Source: a virus (Duplodnaviria; Caudoviricetes). From it: a stretch of 45,688 nt of DNA. The stretch lies in the IMG/VR virus record IMGVR_UViG_3300022909_001346, positions 1-45,688 of that record. One strand, given 5' to 3'. Positions 1 to 9,004 of this stretch are shown here, one piece after another. Below the pieces are notes generated by a model. That model was not told where the DNA came from and did not search any database. It was given only the letters and a program-made list of their open reading frames with translations. Numbering within the stretch: position 1 is the stretch's first letter; every line of letters begins with the position of its first letter. Position numbers and translations under genes: made by a program.

Positions 1-764
1 TCTCTAGGGTGACATGCACCGCCATCACCGAAGCCAGCTTTCATATAAGCTGGACTCATAATTCTATGTGTGCTGTCAGCTAACGCCTTTGTTACTACAT
101 CAACATTAATATTACCTTGCTTCTGTGCAACGTCTTGTATCATGTTAACAAGGCTCAACTTAGTGCTAATAAAAGTGTTGTAAAATACTTTGATACATTC
201 ACATTCATCCCAAGTACCAACAACAATGCGAGGTTCATTCTCAAGAATGCCGTGATAGAAGTATATCAACTCCCCTACTTCAAGGCTATCTTCGCCATTC
301 TCGCTACCTATCATTAACATTTCAGGATTTACCATATCCCATGCAACCGTCCCCATAGCAATTAGATATGGGTTATATAAAAATTTAGCGTTTTTGATTT
401 GAGGTACGATATGCGATCTGACTGTTCCTGGAAGTACTGTAGAAATCAATACTAGAATTTGTCGGTCTGTCATATAAGAATCGACTTCTTTAATAACATC
501 AACTGCGATACTATAGTCAAAATCCTTAGGCGGTAGATGACCTGTGGGTTCACTGCCACCGTATTCTGGTGAGTGGGGAGTAGGTACTGCGACGAATACA
601 ATCGTCGCATCCTTAACCGCAGCTTCAATAGATTCTTTTTTGTTCACTCTATTTGTTACAATAGTGGGGTCAATATCGTAACCATTCACCTCATGTCCTT
701 TCTGTGCCATAACTTCTGCGCACGGTAACCCCAATTTACCTAAACCAATAAATCCTATACTCAT
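1..764 (-). CDS. ugd: UDP-glucose/GDP-mannose 6-dehydrogenase family protein (partial, runs off the left edge)
   Basis: Not in the ORF track; translated by hand from the ATG at 764: MSIGFIGLGKLGLPCAEVMAQKGHEVNGYDID (Rossmann GxGxxG). Near the window edge it reads GFGDGGACHPR (catalytic Cys motif). AAGGA RBS upstream. Confidence 0.9.
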   Translation of the reverse strand, partial: MSIGFIGLGKLGLPCAEVMAQKGHEVNGYDIDPTIVTNRVNKKESIEAAVKDATIVFVAVPTPHSPEYGGSEPTGHLPPKDFDYSIAVDVIKEVDSYMTDRQILVLISTVLPGTVRSHIVPQIKNAKFLYNPYLIAMGTVAWDMVNPEMLMIGSENGEDSLEVGELIYFYHGILENEPRIVVGTWDECECIKVFYNTFISTKLSLVNMIQDVAQKQGNINVDVVTKALADSTHRIMSPAYMKAGFGDGGACHPR

Positions 765-789
765 TGCAAAAGATCCTTATATATAATTT

Positions 790-1377
790 ATGTTTGATGC
801 CATAACTAAATTTGAAAATCAATTATCCCATTACACCGGTGCAAAGTGGGCAGTCATGACAGACTGCTGTACACATGCAATCGAATTGTGTTTTATTTAT
901 AACAAAGTAACCAAGACATCGTTTACACCGTACACCTATCTCAGTGTTCTGATGCTTATGCACAAGTTAGATATACATTATAACTTGTTAGACGAACCGT
1001 GTCAAGAATGGATTGGAGAATATTCATTTGATAATACCAATATATGGGATAGTGCTAGAAGACTTGAAAGGGGCATGTACAGACCAGGTAGTATGCAATG
1101 CCTAAGTTTCGGTCATAGCAAGCCGCTTGAAATAGGTAGAGGGGGTGCAATACTGCTCGATGATCCAACAGCTTACAAGGCATTAAAAGAAATGTCATAC
1201 GATGGCAGAGACTTGTCTATATCACCCTGGCAGGATCAGAAAGAATTCAGAGTAGGCTATCACTACAAGCCAACAATTGAAGAAGCAAAAATCGGCTCCA
1301 GACTGCTAACAGAAATTAAAGAACAAAGCCAATTCATAAAATATCCGGATTTAAGAAATGTACGCATCGTCACATAA
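790..1377 (+). CDS. Short DegT/DnrJ/EryC1/StrS-family PLP-dependent aminotransferase
   Basis: FENQLSHYTG..AV..DCCTHAIEL, WDSA (PLP-binding Asp), LSFGHSKPL (Schiff-base Lys), GRGGAIL. Only 195 aa. Confidence 0.8.
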   Translation: MFDAITKFENQLSHYTGAKWAVMTDCCTHAIELCFIYNKVTKTSFTPYTYLSVLMLMHKLDIHYNLLDEPCQEWIGEYSFDNTNIWDSARRLERGMYRPGSMQCLSFGHSKPLEIGRGGAILLDDPTAYKALKEMSYDGRDLSISPWQDQKEFRVGYHYKPTIEEAKIGSRLLTEIKEQSQFIKYPDLRNVRIVT

Positions 1378-2269
1378 CGAGTGGGACCCATTAGAACATG
1401 TCATTATAGGAAGTGCAACAAACGCGCATTGGCCTGAGAGATGTGAAATATATCGTAAAAACGAAGAAACTTCATTATGGAAAGAGACGCCTCTGCCAGC
1501 TGGACCGGTAGACCCACTAGTCATAAAACAAGCAAACGTCGATCTATGGAATCTTGGAAATGAATTGCTGCATTGGGCTAATATATGGGAACCAAGAAAA
1601 TTAGACTTCGCTGCGTTTGATGGTTTGTATAACTACTGCCCAAGAGATCGGGTATTGATAATAGGTGATCGTGTAATTGATGTGCCCATGACATATCCCA
1701 CTAGAGAAAAAGAAATCGAAGCATTGGAGTGGATTTTTGATAACGAGATTGTAACTAGCGACAATCCAATGGCAAGATTTGATGCTGCAAACGTGTGTCG
1801 TTTAGGAAAGGATTTATTGTATCTTGTAAGTTCTACTGGCAATCTTGAAGGTGCGAAATGGTTGCAAGAGTATTTAGGCAAAGATTATAAAGTGCATGTG
1901 CTAGATGACATCTACAGCGGCGTTCACATTGATAGCACAATCAGCCCTGTGCGAGAAGGGTTAGTAGTACTGAATAAAGATCGAATCAAAAAAGTACCTG
2001 AAGTATTTAAGAAGTGGGATATTATTTGGATGGGCAAAGATGATCTAGTACATCAACCATTTGTAGATTATCCGTATGCAAGCAATTACATCGGGTTAAA
2101 TTTCCTAACAGTGAATCCTGAAAATGTAATATGTGATCCTAAACAAAATGTATTGATAGATAACTTGCATAAATATGGTATAAACGTCACTGGTGTTGAC
2201 TTACGACACAGCAGAACACTCGGCGGCGGTCATCATTGTGTAACATTGGATATTGTGAGAAAAAAATAA
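1358..2269 (+). CDS. Amidinotransferase (glycine/inosamine-phosphate amidinotransferase family)
   Basis: HNEWDPLEHVIIG N-terminus, YCPRD, FDAAN (Asp), HIDST (His), RTLGGGHHCVTLD (Cys): the Cys-His-Asp triad is intact. Confidence 0.9.
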   Translation: MYASSHNEWDPLEHVIIGSATNAHWPERCEIYRKNEETSLWKETPLPAGPVDPLVIKQANVDLWNLGNELLHWANIWEPRKLDFAAFDGLYNYCPRDRVLIIGDRVIDVPMTYPTREKEIEALEWIFDNEIVTSDNPMARFDAANVCRLGKDLLYLVSSTGNLEGAKWLQEYLGKDYKVHVLDDIYSGVHIDSTISPVREGLVVLNKDRIKKVPEVFKKWDIIWMGKDDLVHQPFVDYPYASNYIGLNFLTVNPENVICDPKQNVLIDNLHKYGINVTGVDLRHSRTLGGGHHCVTLDIVRKK

Positions 2270-2760
2270 TGTGGGTGCGTGGTCATATTACCAGGTCTTG
2301 GGGTGAAAATTACAAGCAGCTTAGATATTTGCAAGATCCAATAAGAGGTGCGCAAGAACAAGAATGGCGAAAACAGGGATACTACAACACCCGTCAATAT
2401 GGTGAAATGTATGGATATCCAAATGAAATGCCTTTATGGGCTGAGTTTATTGCATCTGAACTAAAATTATTTCAGTGTGGATTTGTGTTATACCGAATGA
2501 AAACTCTAGACATAATGCCAATGCATACTGACCATTACAAGAAATACTGTGAAGTGTTCAACACGAATCCAAATGAAGTGTGGCGAGCAATTGTATTCTT
2601 AGAAGATTGGAAGTCCGGTCACTATTTTGAAATAGATGAAGAAGCAATTGTTAATTGGCGAGCTGGCGATTTTATTATGTGGCAAGGTGATGTGCCGCAC
2701 GCAGCAAGTAATATAGGAATAGAAGATAGATACACTCTGCAAATAACAGGGCAAAAATGA
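2269..2760 (+). CDS. 2OG-Fe(II) oxygenase/cupin-like protein
   Basis: MPMHTD...PHAASN...RYTLQIT gives HxD...H...R. The ATG at 2269 overlaps the upstream TAA (TAATG). Confidence 0.7.
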   Translation: MWVRGHITRSWGENYKQLRYLQDPIRGAQEQEWRKQGYYNTRQYGEMYGYPNEMPLWAEFIASELKLFQCGFVLYRMKTLDIMPMHTDHYKKYCEVFNTNPNEVWRAIVFLEDWKSGHYFEIDEEAIVNWRAGDFIMWQGDVPHAASNIGIEDRYTLQITGQK

Positions 2761-3890
2761 TACACTTTGAGCAAACTTTATATTATTGGAATGTACCAGG
2801 ACACGATGATTACGCAGGGTTTTTTGAAAACCATAGAGAAGGTGGCTTCTTCAATAACTTCTCTGACACAAATCCAATATTTGTATTTACTGGTGTGCAA
2901 GACATCCCGTTTGATGCAACAGGAATTGATTTAAGCCAGATTGAAGAAATAGATTTTTACTTATATGAGCCTAGCACCTATTACAACATCAACGAAGAAA
3001 AGAAATCTTGTTATTTTTACCACGAAGATTTGTGGGAAGAAAATAGCAACTTACGCTCACACGAATTAGACACATTAGCCGCGCTGAGTGAAAAGTTTGG
3101 CACTAAGATAAATGTCTTCACCTCTGATTACAACATCAACAAATATTACAAAGAAACATATCCTAACTTGACGTTGGCTACCTTTGATACCTTTTTACGA
3201 CAAATAGGAAACGGTGGCATATACCCGGATGATCTGCTAAAGACAAGAAAATTCGTATCACACAACAAAAGATTTGCAATGCATCGCCTAGTTACTGTAA
3301 GTGCTTTACAAGACAAAAACGCAAACTATACATGGCCCTTCGTTATGGATTGTGATTTAAAATCTACTGCTTGGTACGAACATGAGAACCTACCGCAAGT
3401 ACACGATAAAATAGTAACACCCAGACTGATTGATGTCCAAACACCAATGCATATTGCAGATTTAACGCATGCGGGTAGAGCGCCATATGTTGCAGAGTTT
3501 TGCCCAGGAGATCTTGTGACTTCTATGTCAGAAGCCTGCATCGCAGTAGTAAATGAAACTAGATTTGGGCAACCAACCGCATACTTCAGTGAGAAAACAT
3601 TTGACGCAATGCGATGTATGATTCCGTTTATACTAGTCGCGCCCCCATACACACTAGAATATTTAAGACAGTTTAAGTTTTATACTTGGGGAGCTTTCTG
3701 GGATGAAAGGTACGATAAAATTGAAAATCACACTAAACGAATAGACGCTATAATAAAACTGATTGAACACCTAGATACTTGGACGATTGACGACATGCGA
3801 GAAGTCATTCGACAGGCAGAATGGGGAATCAATCGAAACTTACAGCAAGTCAATCAGTTCATCTCTAACTCAACCATCCTCTATCAATAA
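2757..3890 (+). CDS. Putative glycosyltransferase (GT10/fucosyltransferase-like C-terminal motif)
   Basis: AVVNET...YFSEKTFDAM...PFILV...FWDERYD resembles the GT10 E-x(n)-Y/F-x-S/T-EK motif. Paralogue of 4743-6023. ATGA coupling to the upstream gene. Confidence 0.55.
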   Translation: MIHFEQTLYYWNVPGHDDYAGFFENHREGGFFNNFSDTNPIFVFTGVQDIPFDATGIDLSQIEEIDFYLYEPSTYYNINEEKKSCYFYHEDLWEENSNLRSHELDTLAALSEKFGTKINVFTSDYNINKYYKETYPNLTLATFDTFLRQIGNGGIYPDDLLKTRKFVSHNKRFAMHRLVTVSALQDKNANYTWPFVMDCDLKSTAWYEHENLPQVHDKIVTPRLIDVQTPMHIADLTHAGRAPYVAEFCPGDLVTSMSEACIAVVNETRFGQPTAYFSEKTFDAMRCMIPFILVAPPYTLEYLRQFKFYTWGAFWDERYDKIENHTKRIDAIIKLIEHLDTWTIDDMREVIRQAEWGINRNLQQVNQFISNSTILYQ

Positions 3891-4746
3891 ATTCCTTACG
3901 CATTTCATTTGCTATGTAAGCATGTCCCTTATAATTTGGATGACAGCATCTGCTAACATGTGGAGTGCCTTTAGGATACGCATCGTTATAGTTTAATCCG
4001 TCCCAATATCCTCCATTGGCGACATCATAACTAAACCCATCGTTGTTTAATAACATATGAAATGCAGAAGGGTGTCCTTCAGGTTTCCACATCTGAGAGG
4101 GCAAATCCCATGGAAGGTTAATAGTGTCCCAAACTTTACCTGGGGTCCATCTTGCTACATAACTAAAATCAAATGCCGAAACTAGCATCAACTTAGCATT
4201 GTATAGTTTACACCAATCCTGCACCTGTTTGATAGCGAAGTAAGTGAGCATCATAGTTTGCTTTTCACTGTACATGTCATTAGCATATGCACGCCATAGT
4301 GGGTTGTCCGAATTAGGGTCAGGCCATATAGATTGAAACACGCCATGAAAACGTTCTCCCCATTCAGAGTTAATTATCGAATAGCGTTCAGGGCCCGACA
4401 ACATAAAAACAACAATCTTTTCTTTACTAGTATCTTCCAAATTAAGTTCAGGGTAGAGAGAAGTAAGACTTTGTGCAGCCGCATAATTTCCCGCACCTCG
4501 CGCTCCTAAATTTATAGGAGTCCAATCAGGATAATGATTGTTACAAAATTGTGTTACCCAGCTTCCTTCTATTTCAACTGCTTCTAAATGAGTAATGCAA
4601 TGTGTATTAGGAATGTTCCAGTTATAGGATTCCCATACCTCATCTTTAAGACCCCCCTGACCCTGAGTGAAGCTACAACCAGTGCCTATGAATAACTTAT
4701 CATTTTTAGAATTCTTTTTAAGTTGCGCATAATTTTCAGGTGTCAT
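3865..4746 (-). CDS. SGNH/GDSL hydrolase-like protein
   Basis: FIGTGCSFTQG (block I), NLGARGAGN (block II), CCHPNYKGH (block V). Confidence 0.65.
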   Translation of the reverse strand: MTPENYAQLKKNSKNDKLFIGTGCSFTQGQGGLKDEVWESYNWNIPNTHCITHLEAVEIEGSWVTQFCNNHYPDWTPINLGARGAGNYAAAQSLTSLYPELNLEDTSKEKIVVFMLSGPERYSIINSEWGERFHGVFQSIWPDPNSDNPLWRAYANDMYSEKQTMMLTYFAIKQVQDWCKLYNAKLMLVSAFDFSYVARWTPGKVWDTINLPWDLPSQMWKPEGHPSAFHMLLNNDGFSYDVANGGYWDGLNYNDAYPKGTPHVSRCCHPNYKGHAYIANEMRKEFIDRGWLS

Positions 4747-6023
4747 GTAAGATAGTCCGTGTAGTATTCTTTCAATTTAGTAAAACTCGTATTTGGCTGG
4801 GAGCTATTTCTCATCAAGGTGTAATAGTTATAATCTAACACCTGTCGCATTTCTTCAAACAGTGACATCTTATCAGGAATTTTGTCGATGTCATGCATCA
4901 GTTTTATAATTGCGTTATAACGTTCCCATGTAGGAAGATCGTCGTAGCTCTCATCCCAAAAATCTGAAAACGTTTTGTAACCCAATTCTTTTAGTACCTT
5001 GAGCGAACCTCTGTTGCCAAATATAATAAAAGGACTACGCAGCCCAATTGCTTTGAAAGTTTTCTCACTGACAAACGTGGTGCAATCATTGTCAAAGAAA
5101 CTAGCCTCGCTGATAACAGTGAACCACGTTTGCAATGTAACTTCTGAGTTCAAACGCTCAATGTAATACGCATCAGATTTGGAACTATTATCAGGACCAC
5201 AAGGAAGTTCTTGCATCATATCTTCTAGATCGTAGGTATATCGTTTACCTTCAACTGTATAATCATCTGGGTGATCAAAGGGGATCTTCTGCATACTGAA
5301 TATACCCTTTGTAAGAAACCCCTCATACTTCAATGTAGAATAAAACCAGCAGCGATGTAATCTAGGTCTTTTTTGCATCACATTGAAAGTCAACGTTTCA
5401 TTGCTAGACTTATAATTTATGTGTCTGTTCACCGACAGCGGGGACGCTGAATTGAATATAAATTTATTTCCTATAGCCTTTTCAAAGTGACAGTGTCCTA
5501 TAACTTTTGCAGTGTTTCCTTGTATGCCGTTTTTGAAAATCCACTTACGATACTGCGATTCTGCTTTATAATTGCCAGTTATAAAAACAAGGCTTTGTAT
5601 CGGTAGTTCAGACTCTGCCATGACTTGATGGAACCAAGGCCAAAGTTTTTCATCATGATACCCTTCAAGTGATGAATCCAATACAAGAATGCATTTACCT
5701 TCTCGCATTTTTCTCTTTTGCATCTCAGACAAATATCGAGTGAATGGTTTTTGCCCTTCATTCCAACCAGCCCAATCATCTGGGTTAGTATTGACACCCA
5801 CACAAATTGCAAAATGATCTTCTCTAATAAGACAAGAAGTGACCCCATACCCATTTTCCCATGCTTCATTTGCAACAGGAGCTGTGCCAAAACACAACTG
5901 ACCACCTGATGTCTTTGCATCCGAGTTTATAAAATTGTGTAGGAGAGTAGGGTCATTTGTACCTTCATCATGCAACAGTGGGTGGTTATCAAAATATAGA
6001 TTCATAGCATTGTATACATTCAT
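4743..6023 (-). CDS. Putative glycosyltransferase (GT10-like C-terminal motif)
   Basis: TVISEASFF...FVSEKTFKAI...PFIIFG...GYKTFSDFWDESYD aligns by eye with 2757-3890. ATG at 6023 chosen as start. Confidence 0.55.
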   Translation of the reverse strand: MNVYNAMNLYFDNHPLLHDEGTNDPTLLHNFINSDAKTSGGQLCFGTAPVANEAWENGYGVTSCLIREDHFAICVGVNTNPDDWAGWNEGQKPFTRYLSEMQKRKMREGKCILVLDSSLEGYHDEKLWPWFHQVMAESELPIQSLVFITGNYKAESQYRKWIFKNGIQGNTAKVIGHCHFEKAIGNKFIFNSASPLSVNRHINYKSSNETLTFNVMQKRPRLHRCWFYSTLKYEGFLTKGIFSMQKIPFDHPDDYTVEGKRYTYDLEDMMQELPCGPDNSSKSDAYYIERLNSEVTLQTWFTVISEASFFDNDCTTFVSEKTFKAIGLRSPFIIFGNRGSLKVLKELGYKTFSDFWDESYDDLPTWERYNAIIKLMHDIDKIPDKMSLFEEMRQVLDYNYYTLMRNSSQPNTSFTKLKEYYTDYLT

Positions 6024-6025
6024 TA

Positions 6026-7024
6026 TTATAGAAGTCGTTCTTTCCAAGTTTCGGGTGCATTATCAGAAATCTCAAGCCCAAAGCTATAGTCGAATTCTTT
6101 AGGGCCTTTTTCTTTTATGTATGCGACAGTTTTTTCAATAGCCGTCTTAACATCTGTTTTAGTTTCGTAGCCAAGAAGAGTACGAGCCTTATCACTTGAG
6201 CATGTAGCGTACTTAACTTCCTTGGGTCTATCTGTAGTATGTATAGGCGTGTGTTTGAATTTGCATGCCTTAGCAACTAACTTAGCAGCTTCATTGATAG
6301 TTATAGGATTCTCATCAGGACCTATATTCACAATTTCACTTTGTATATTTGAATCTAGTGCGAGTTTTTCAATACAACTAATACAATCATCAATATAAGA
6401 AAAGCATCGCAACTGATTACCATCACCATATATGTATGAGGGAAGTTTTCGCAAGTTTCTGTTAGCCATAATGCTCAACACGTTTCTATACGGATCATCG
6501 TAACGCTGTCTTGGGCCAACGATGTTGTGAGGTACGGCAATATTCCATTGCATCCCATGCACATCGCATAATGATTTTAAAGTCTGCTCGGCTGCAACTT
6601 TTGCAATTCCATACGGGTCAACAGGAGCAGTTTGCATCTCTTCAGTAAAGGGAGCCTCTTGATTTCCGTACCTAGCCATGCTACTACAAAAAACAAATCT
6701 ACCAACGTTAGCTGTTATCGCAGCCGACATTGTAGACACACTCGCCTCGTAAATGTTTCTTGTAATAAATGAGGGACTAAACACTGATAGCCCTTCATGA
6801 GCAGTCGCTGCACAATGCACTACTATATCATATCCGTGCAATATAGATGCCATCAAGTGACGGTCTCTACAATCAAAATCATACAGCATTACTTTGGGAT
6901 TGACATTATCCCTGTAGCCACCTAGAAAATTGTCATTGCCACCGACTTTATATCCTAACGAGAGGAATTTGTCCGCCAGATGACTGCCTAGAAATCCCGC
7001 CACACCAGTTATAAAAATCTTCAT
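6026..7024 (-). CDS. NAD-dependent nucleotide-sugar epimerase/dehydratase (extended SDR)
   Basis: MKIFITGVAGFLGSHL (TGxxGFxG), HCAA, SS..RYG, YGIAK (YxxxK), NIVGPRQ, GDGNQLRCFSYIDD. Confidence 0.9.
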   Translation of the reverse strand: MKIFITGVAGFLGSHLADKFLSLGYKVGGNDNFLGGYRDNVNPKVMLYDFDCRDRHLMASILHGYDIVVHCAATAHEGLSVFSPSFITRNIYEASVSTMSAAITANVGRFVFCSSMARYGNQEAPFTEEMQTAPVDPYGIAKVAAEQTLKSLCDVHGMQWNIAVPHNIVGPRQRYDDPYRNVLSIMANRNLRKLPSYIYGDGNQLRCFSYIDDCISCIEKLALDSNIQSEIVNIGPDENPITINEAAKLVAKACKFKHTPIHTTDRPKEVKYATCSSDKARTLLGYETKTDVKTAIEKTVAYIKEKGPKEFDYSFGLEISDNAPETWKERLL

Positions 7025-8384
7025 ACTCAGGGAATGTCTCCAAAAAGTTTGTATCACGCCGACGGTCGTATTCATTGAACCAGTTATAGAAGTCCGCCCA
7101 CCCTTCTTCTAGCTTTTCATCTTCGTAGTTAGTGTTCTGCATATAATCATGCACACGCCTAAACTTTTCATATTCCATAGTTTGAAACATTGTAGGATCG
7201 TCATCATCTACATTTTCAAATATGAAAGCCAAGCACTCTGTAATATAAGGCATGAAATGTTCTTTAGGTAGAATATTCATGTCGTAGTGCAAAGGCTCTT
7301 TCAGATACGGTGTGTCAAATCTAATTGTGCGTCCTGTATCATGAGAATTTGAACTAGGTACAATAATGCCCTCATATGTTTTTCTCCATTCTAGAATCTT
7401 CTCAAGCAAAGATTTAAATGTTGTAACAGTCAACGCATTGAAAGTGACCATCAATGTTATAGGAGTTTTTGCTGTTCTTGCATAAGTGTCAAGATTCTTT
7501 TCCCACAACTCTAAGTCTAGTCCAGTGCGAATATACTCTGCTCTCTCGTTCCAACAGTCAATGCTTGTGTATAGCGAAAAGTCTTTAATCTTGTTTTCAC
7601 TTCTGAGTTCATTTACAGCTTCTGCAAGTTTAACAACGCGCCTAGTTTGCACACCGAGATTCGTGTTTACGCTGATCTCCATATGAGGCTTTGGATTTGC
7701 CTTCAACTCTTCAAACACTCTGTAAGTAGACTTATGCAATAACGGCTCACCTCCTGTGATGCGGAGTATGTTCAACGTCTTAGAAACTTCAGGCCACCAT
7801 TTCCACCAAGCAGTGACATAAGGATTTTCTTCTTCAACGCTGATCAAATCAGTACCCAGATCTAGTCGGTGATTCTTCACCATATCATACGGGCCAAACT
7901 TTTTAATTTCTTGCGCTAATCTGCTTGATGCATTGGGGTGACAATAACCACACTTGAAATTACACTCATTACTAAAAGAGATTTCGATGTAATCAGGATT
8001 CGCATCGAAGTCCCAAGGCTGTTCCTTGACTTCTTCTAAACGCTCAGGTGTATAGATGCTTGCTGATCTGATAGTTCTGTCAGACACATAGTCACGACCC
8101 ATGTCTTCAACATTCCAACAATACTGACAACCCTCACACTTCTCACCATTGAGCATTTGCTTTCGCTCTTCTTTTTTGTGAGGGGTGTTATGTAACGATG
8201 AAGGGTTCGCGTCTAAATCCTCGAGAGGAATGTGATGCGGTGCTGGGTGATAGCATGAATGTGTCATGCCTGTTTGCAGATACAACTGAGTATGGTACCA
8301 CTTAGCAAAACAGAATGTAGGACTCAATTCTTTGTCCGTAATATCACGCAAGACAAACGCTTTCTTCATATTGTCATCATTCAT
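6948..8384 (-). CDS. Radical SAM enzyme with an N-terminal Cys-rich (twitch/SPASM-like) region
   Basis: CNFKCGYC (CxxxCxxC) and ITGGEPLL. Extra cysteines in FCFAKW, HSCYH and CEGCQYC. ATGA-coupled start at 8384. Confidence 0.85.
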   Translation of the reverse strand: MNDDNMKKAFVLRDITDKELSPTFCFAKWYHTQLYLQTGMTHSCYHPAPHHIPLEDLDANPSSLHNTPHKKEERKQMLNGEKCEGCQYCWNVEDMGRDYVSDRTIRSASIYTPERLEEVKEQPWDFDANPDYIEISFSNECNFKCGYCHPNASSRLAQEIKKFGPYDMVKNHRLDLGTDLISVEEENPYVTAWWKWWPEVSKTLNILRITGGEPLLHKSTYRVFEELKANPKPHMEISVNTNLGVQTRRVVKLAEAVNELRSENKIKDFSLYTSIDCWNERAEYIRTGLDLELWEKNLDTYARTAKTPITLMVTFNALTVTTFKSLLEKILEWRKTYEGIIVPSSNSHDTGRTIRFDTPYLKEPLHYDMNILPKEHFMPYITECLAFIFENVDDDDPTMFQTMEYEKFRRVHDYMQNTNYEDEKLEEGWADFYNWFNEYDRRRDTNFLETFPEYEDFYNWCGGISRQSSGGQIPLVRI

Positions 8385-9004
8385 TTCTTCACACCCCAAA
8401 CCATAAAACGTTCATATTGTTTATCATTAGGCCCAGCAAACGTCCACTGAGACATGCCTTGTATATACTCATTTCCCACATTACTTATGTACAAAAAATC
8501 CTCAATAGTTTTAGAGCATCTAACATGCTCTCCATTGTCGAAATAATTATTGCCTTGTAAAAAGAAGCTAGTACCCCTTGGTACATTGTTCCACCACATG
8601 TCATAATCATCCTGTCGCAAATGCTCAGTCACCGTATTTATCACAACAGAGGGTATGATAGGATACTTGTACGTTGCACAATCAGCAGTAACAGCGGTTG
8701 CATTGTGTTCTCTAGATATAACATCATTAAACACCCACTCACACTGCGGATCAATGTCTATACTATATATCCATTCAGGATTAAAGTCAAGCGAGTCTAA
8801 CACCATTTGTGTCAGTACGCCATACCAACCACCGAAGATATACAACGGGCCTCGCATGTTAGGCATCTTTTCAAGTTCTATCAGCAAACGAGCCTTACTC
8901 TCTAGCTGACTTCCCCAGAAACAATCCATATATCGTTCTGCTAGATCGGGATGAAATCTAATAAACTTCATCCAGCTTTCAATTGTACTAGCCTTAATTT
9001 CCAT
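8381..9004 (-). CDS. Class I SAM-dependent methyltransferase-like protein
   Basis: YIFGGWYG (motif I-like), SIDIDP (acidic motif II), TADC, VINTVTEH. Confidence 0.65.
   Translation of the reverse strand: MEIKASTIESWMKFIRFHPDLAERYMDCFWGSQLESKARLLIELEKMPNMRGPLYIFGGWYGVLTQMVLDSLDFNPEWIYSIDIDPQCEWVFNDVISREHNATAVTADCATYKYPIIPSVVINTVTEHLRQDDYDMWWNNVPRGTSFFLQGNNYFDNGEHVRCSKTIEDFLYISNVGNEYIQGMSQWTFAGPNDKQYERFMVWGVKK

Noticed and set aside
117-317. 66-aa + strand ORF
   Set aside because: Antisense shadow of the ugd gene, which has clear motifs on the minus strand.
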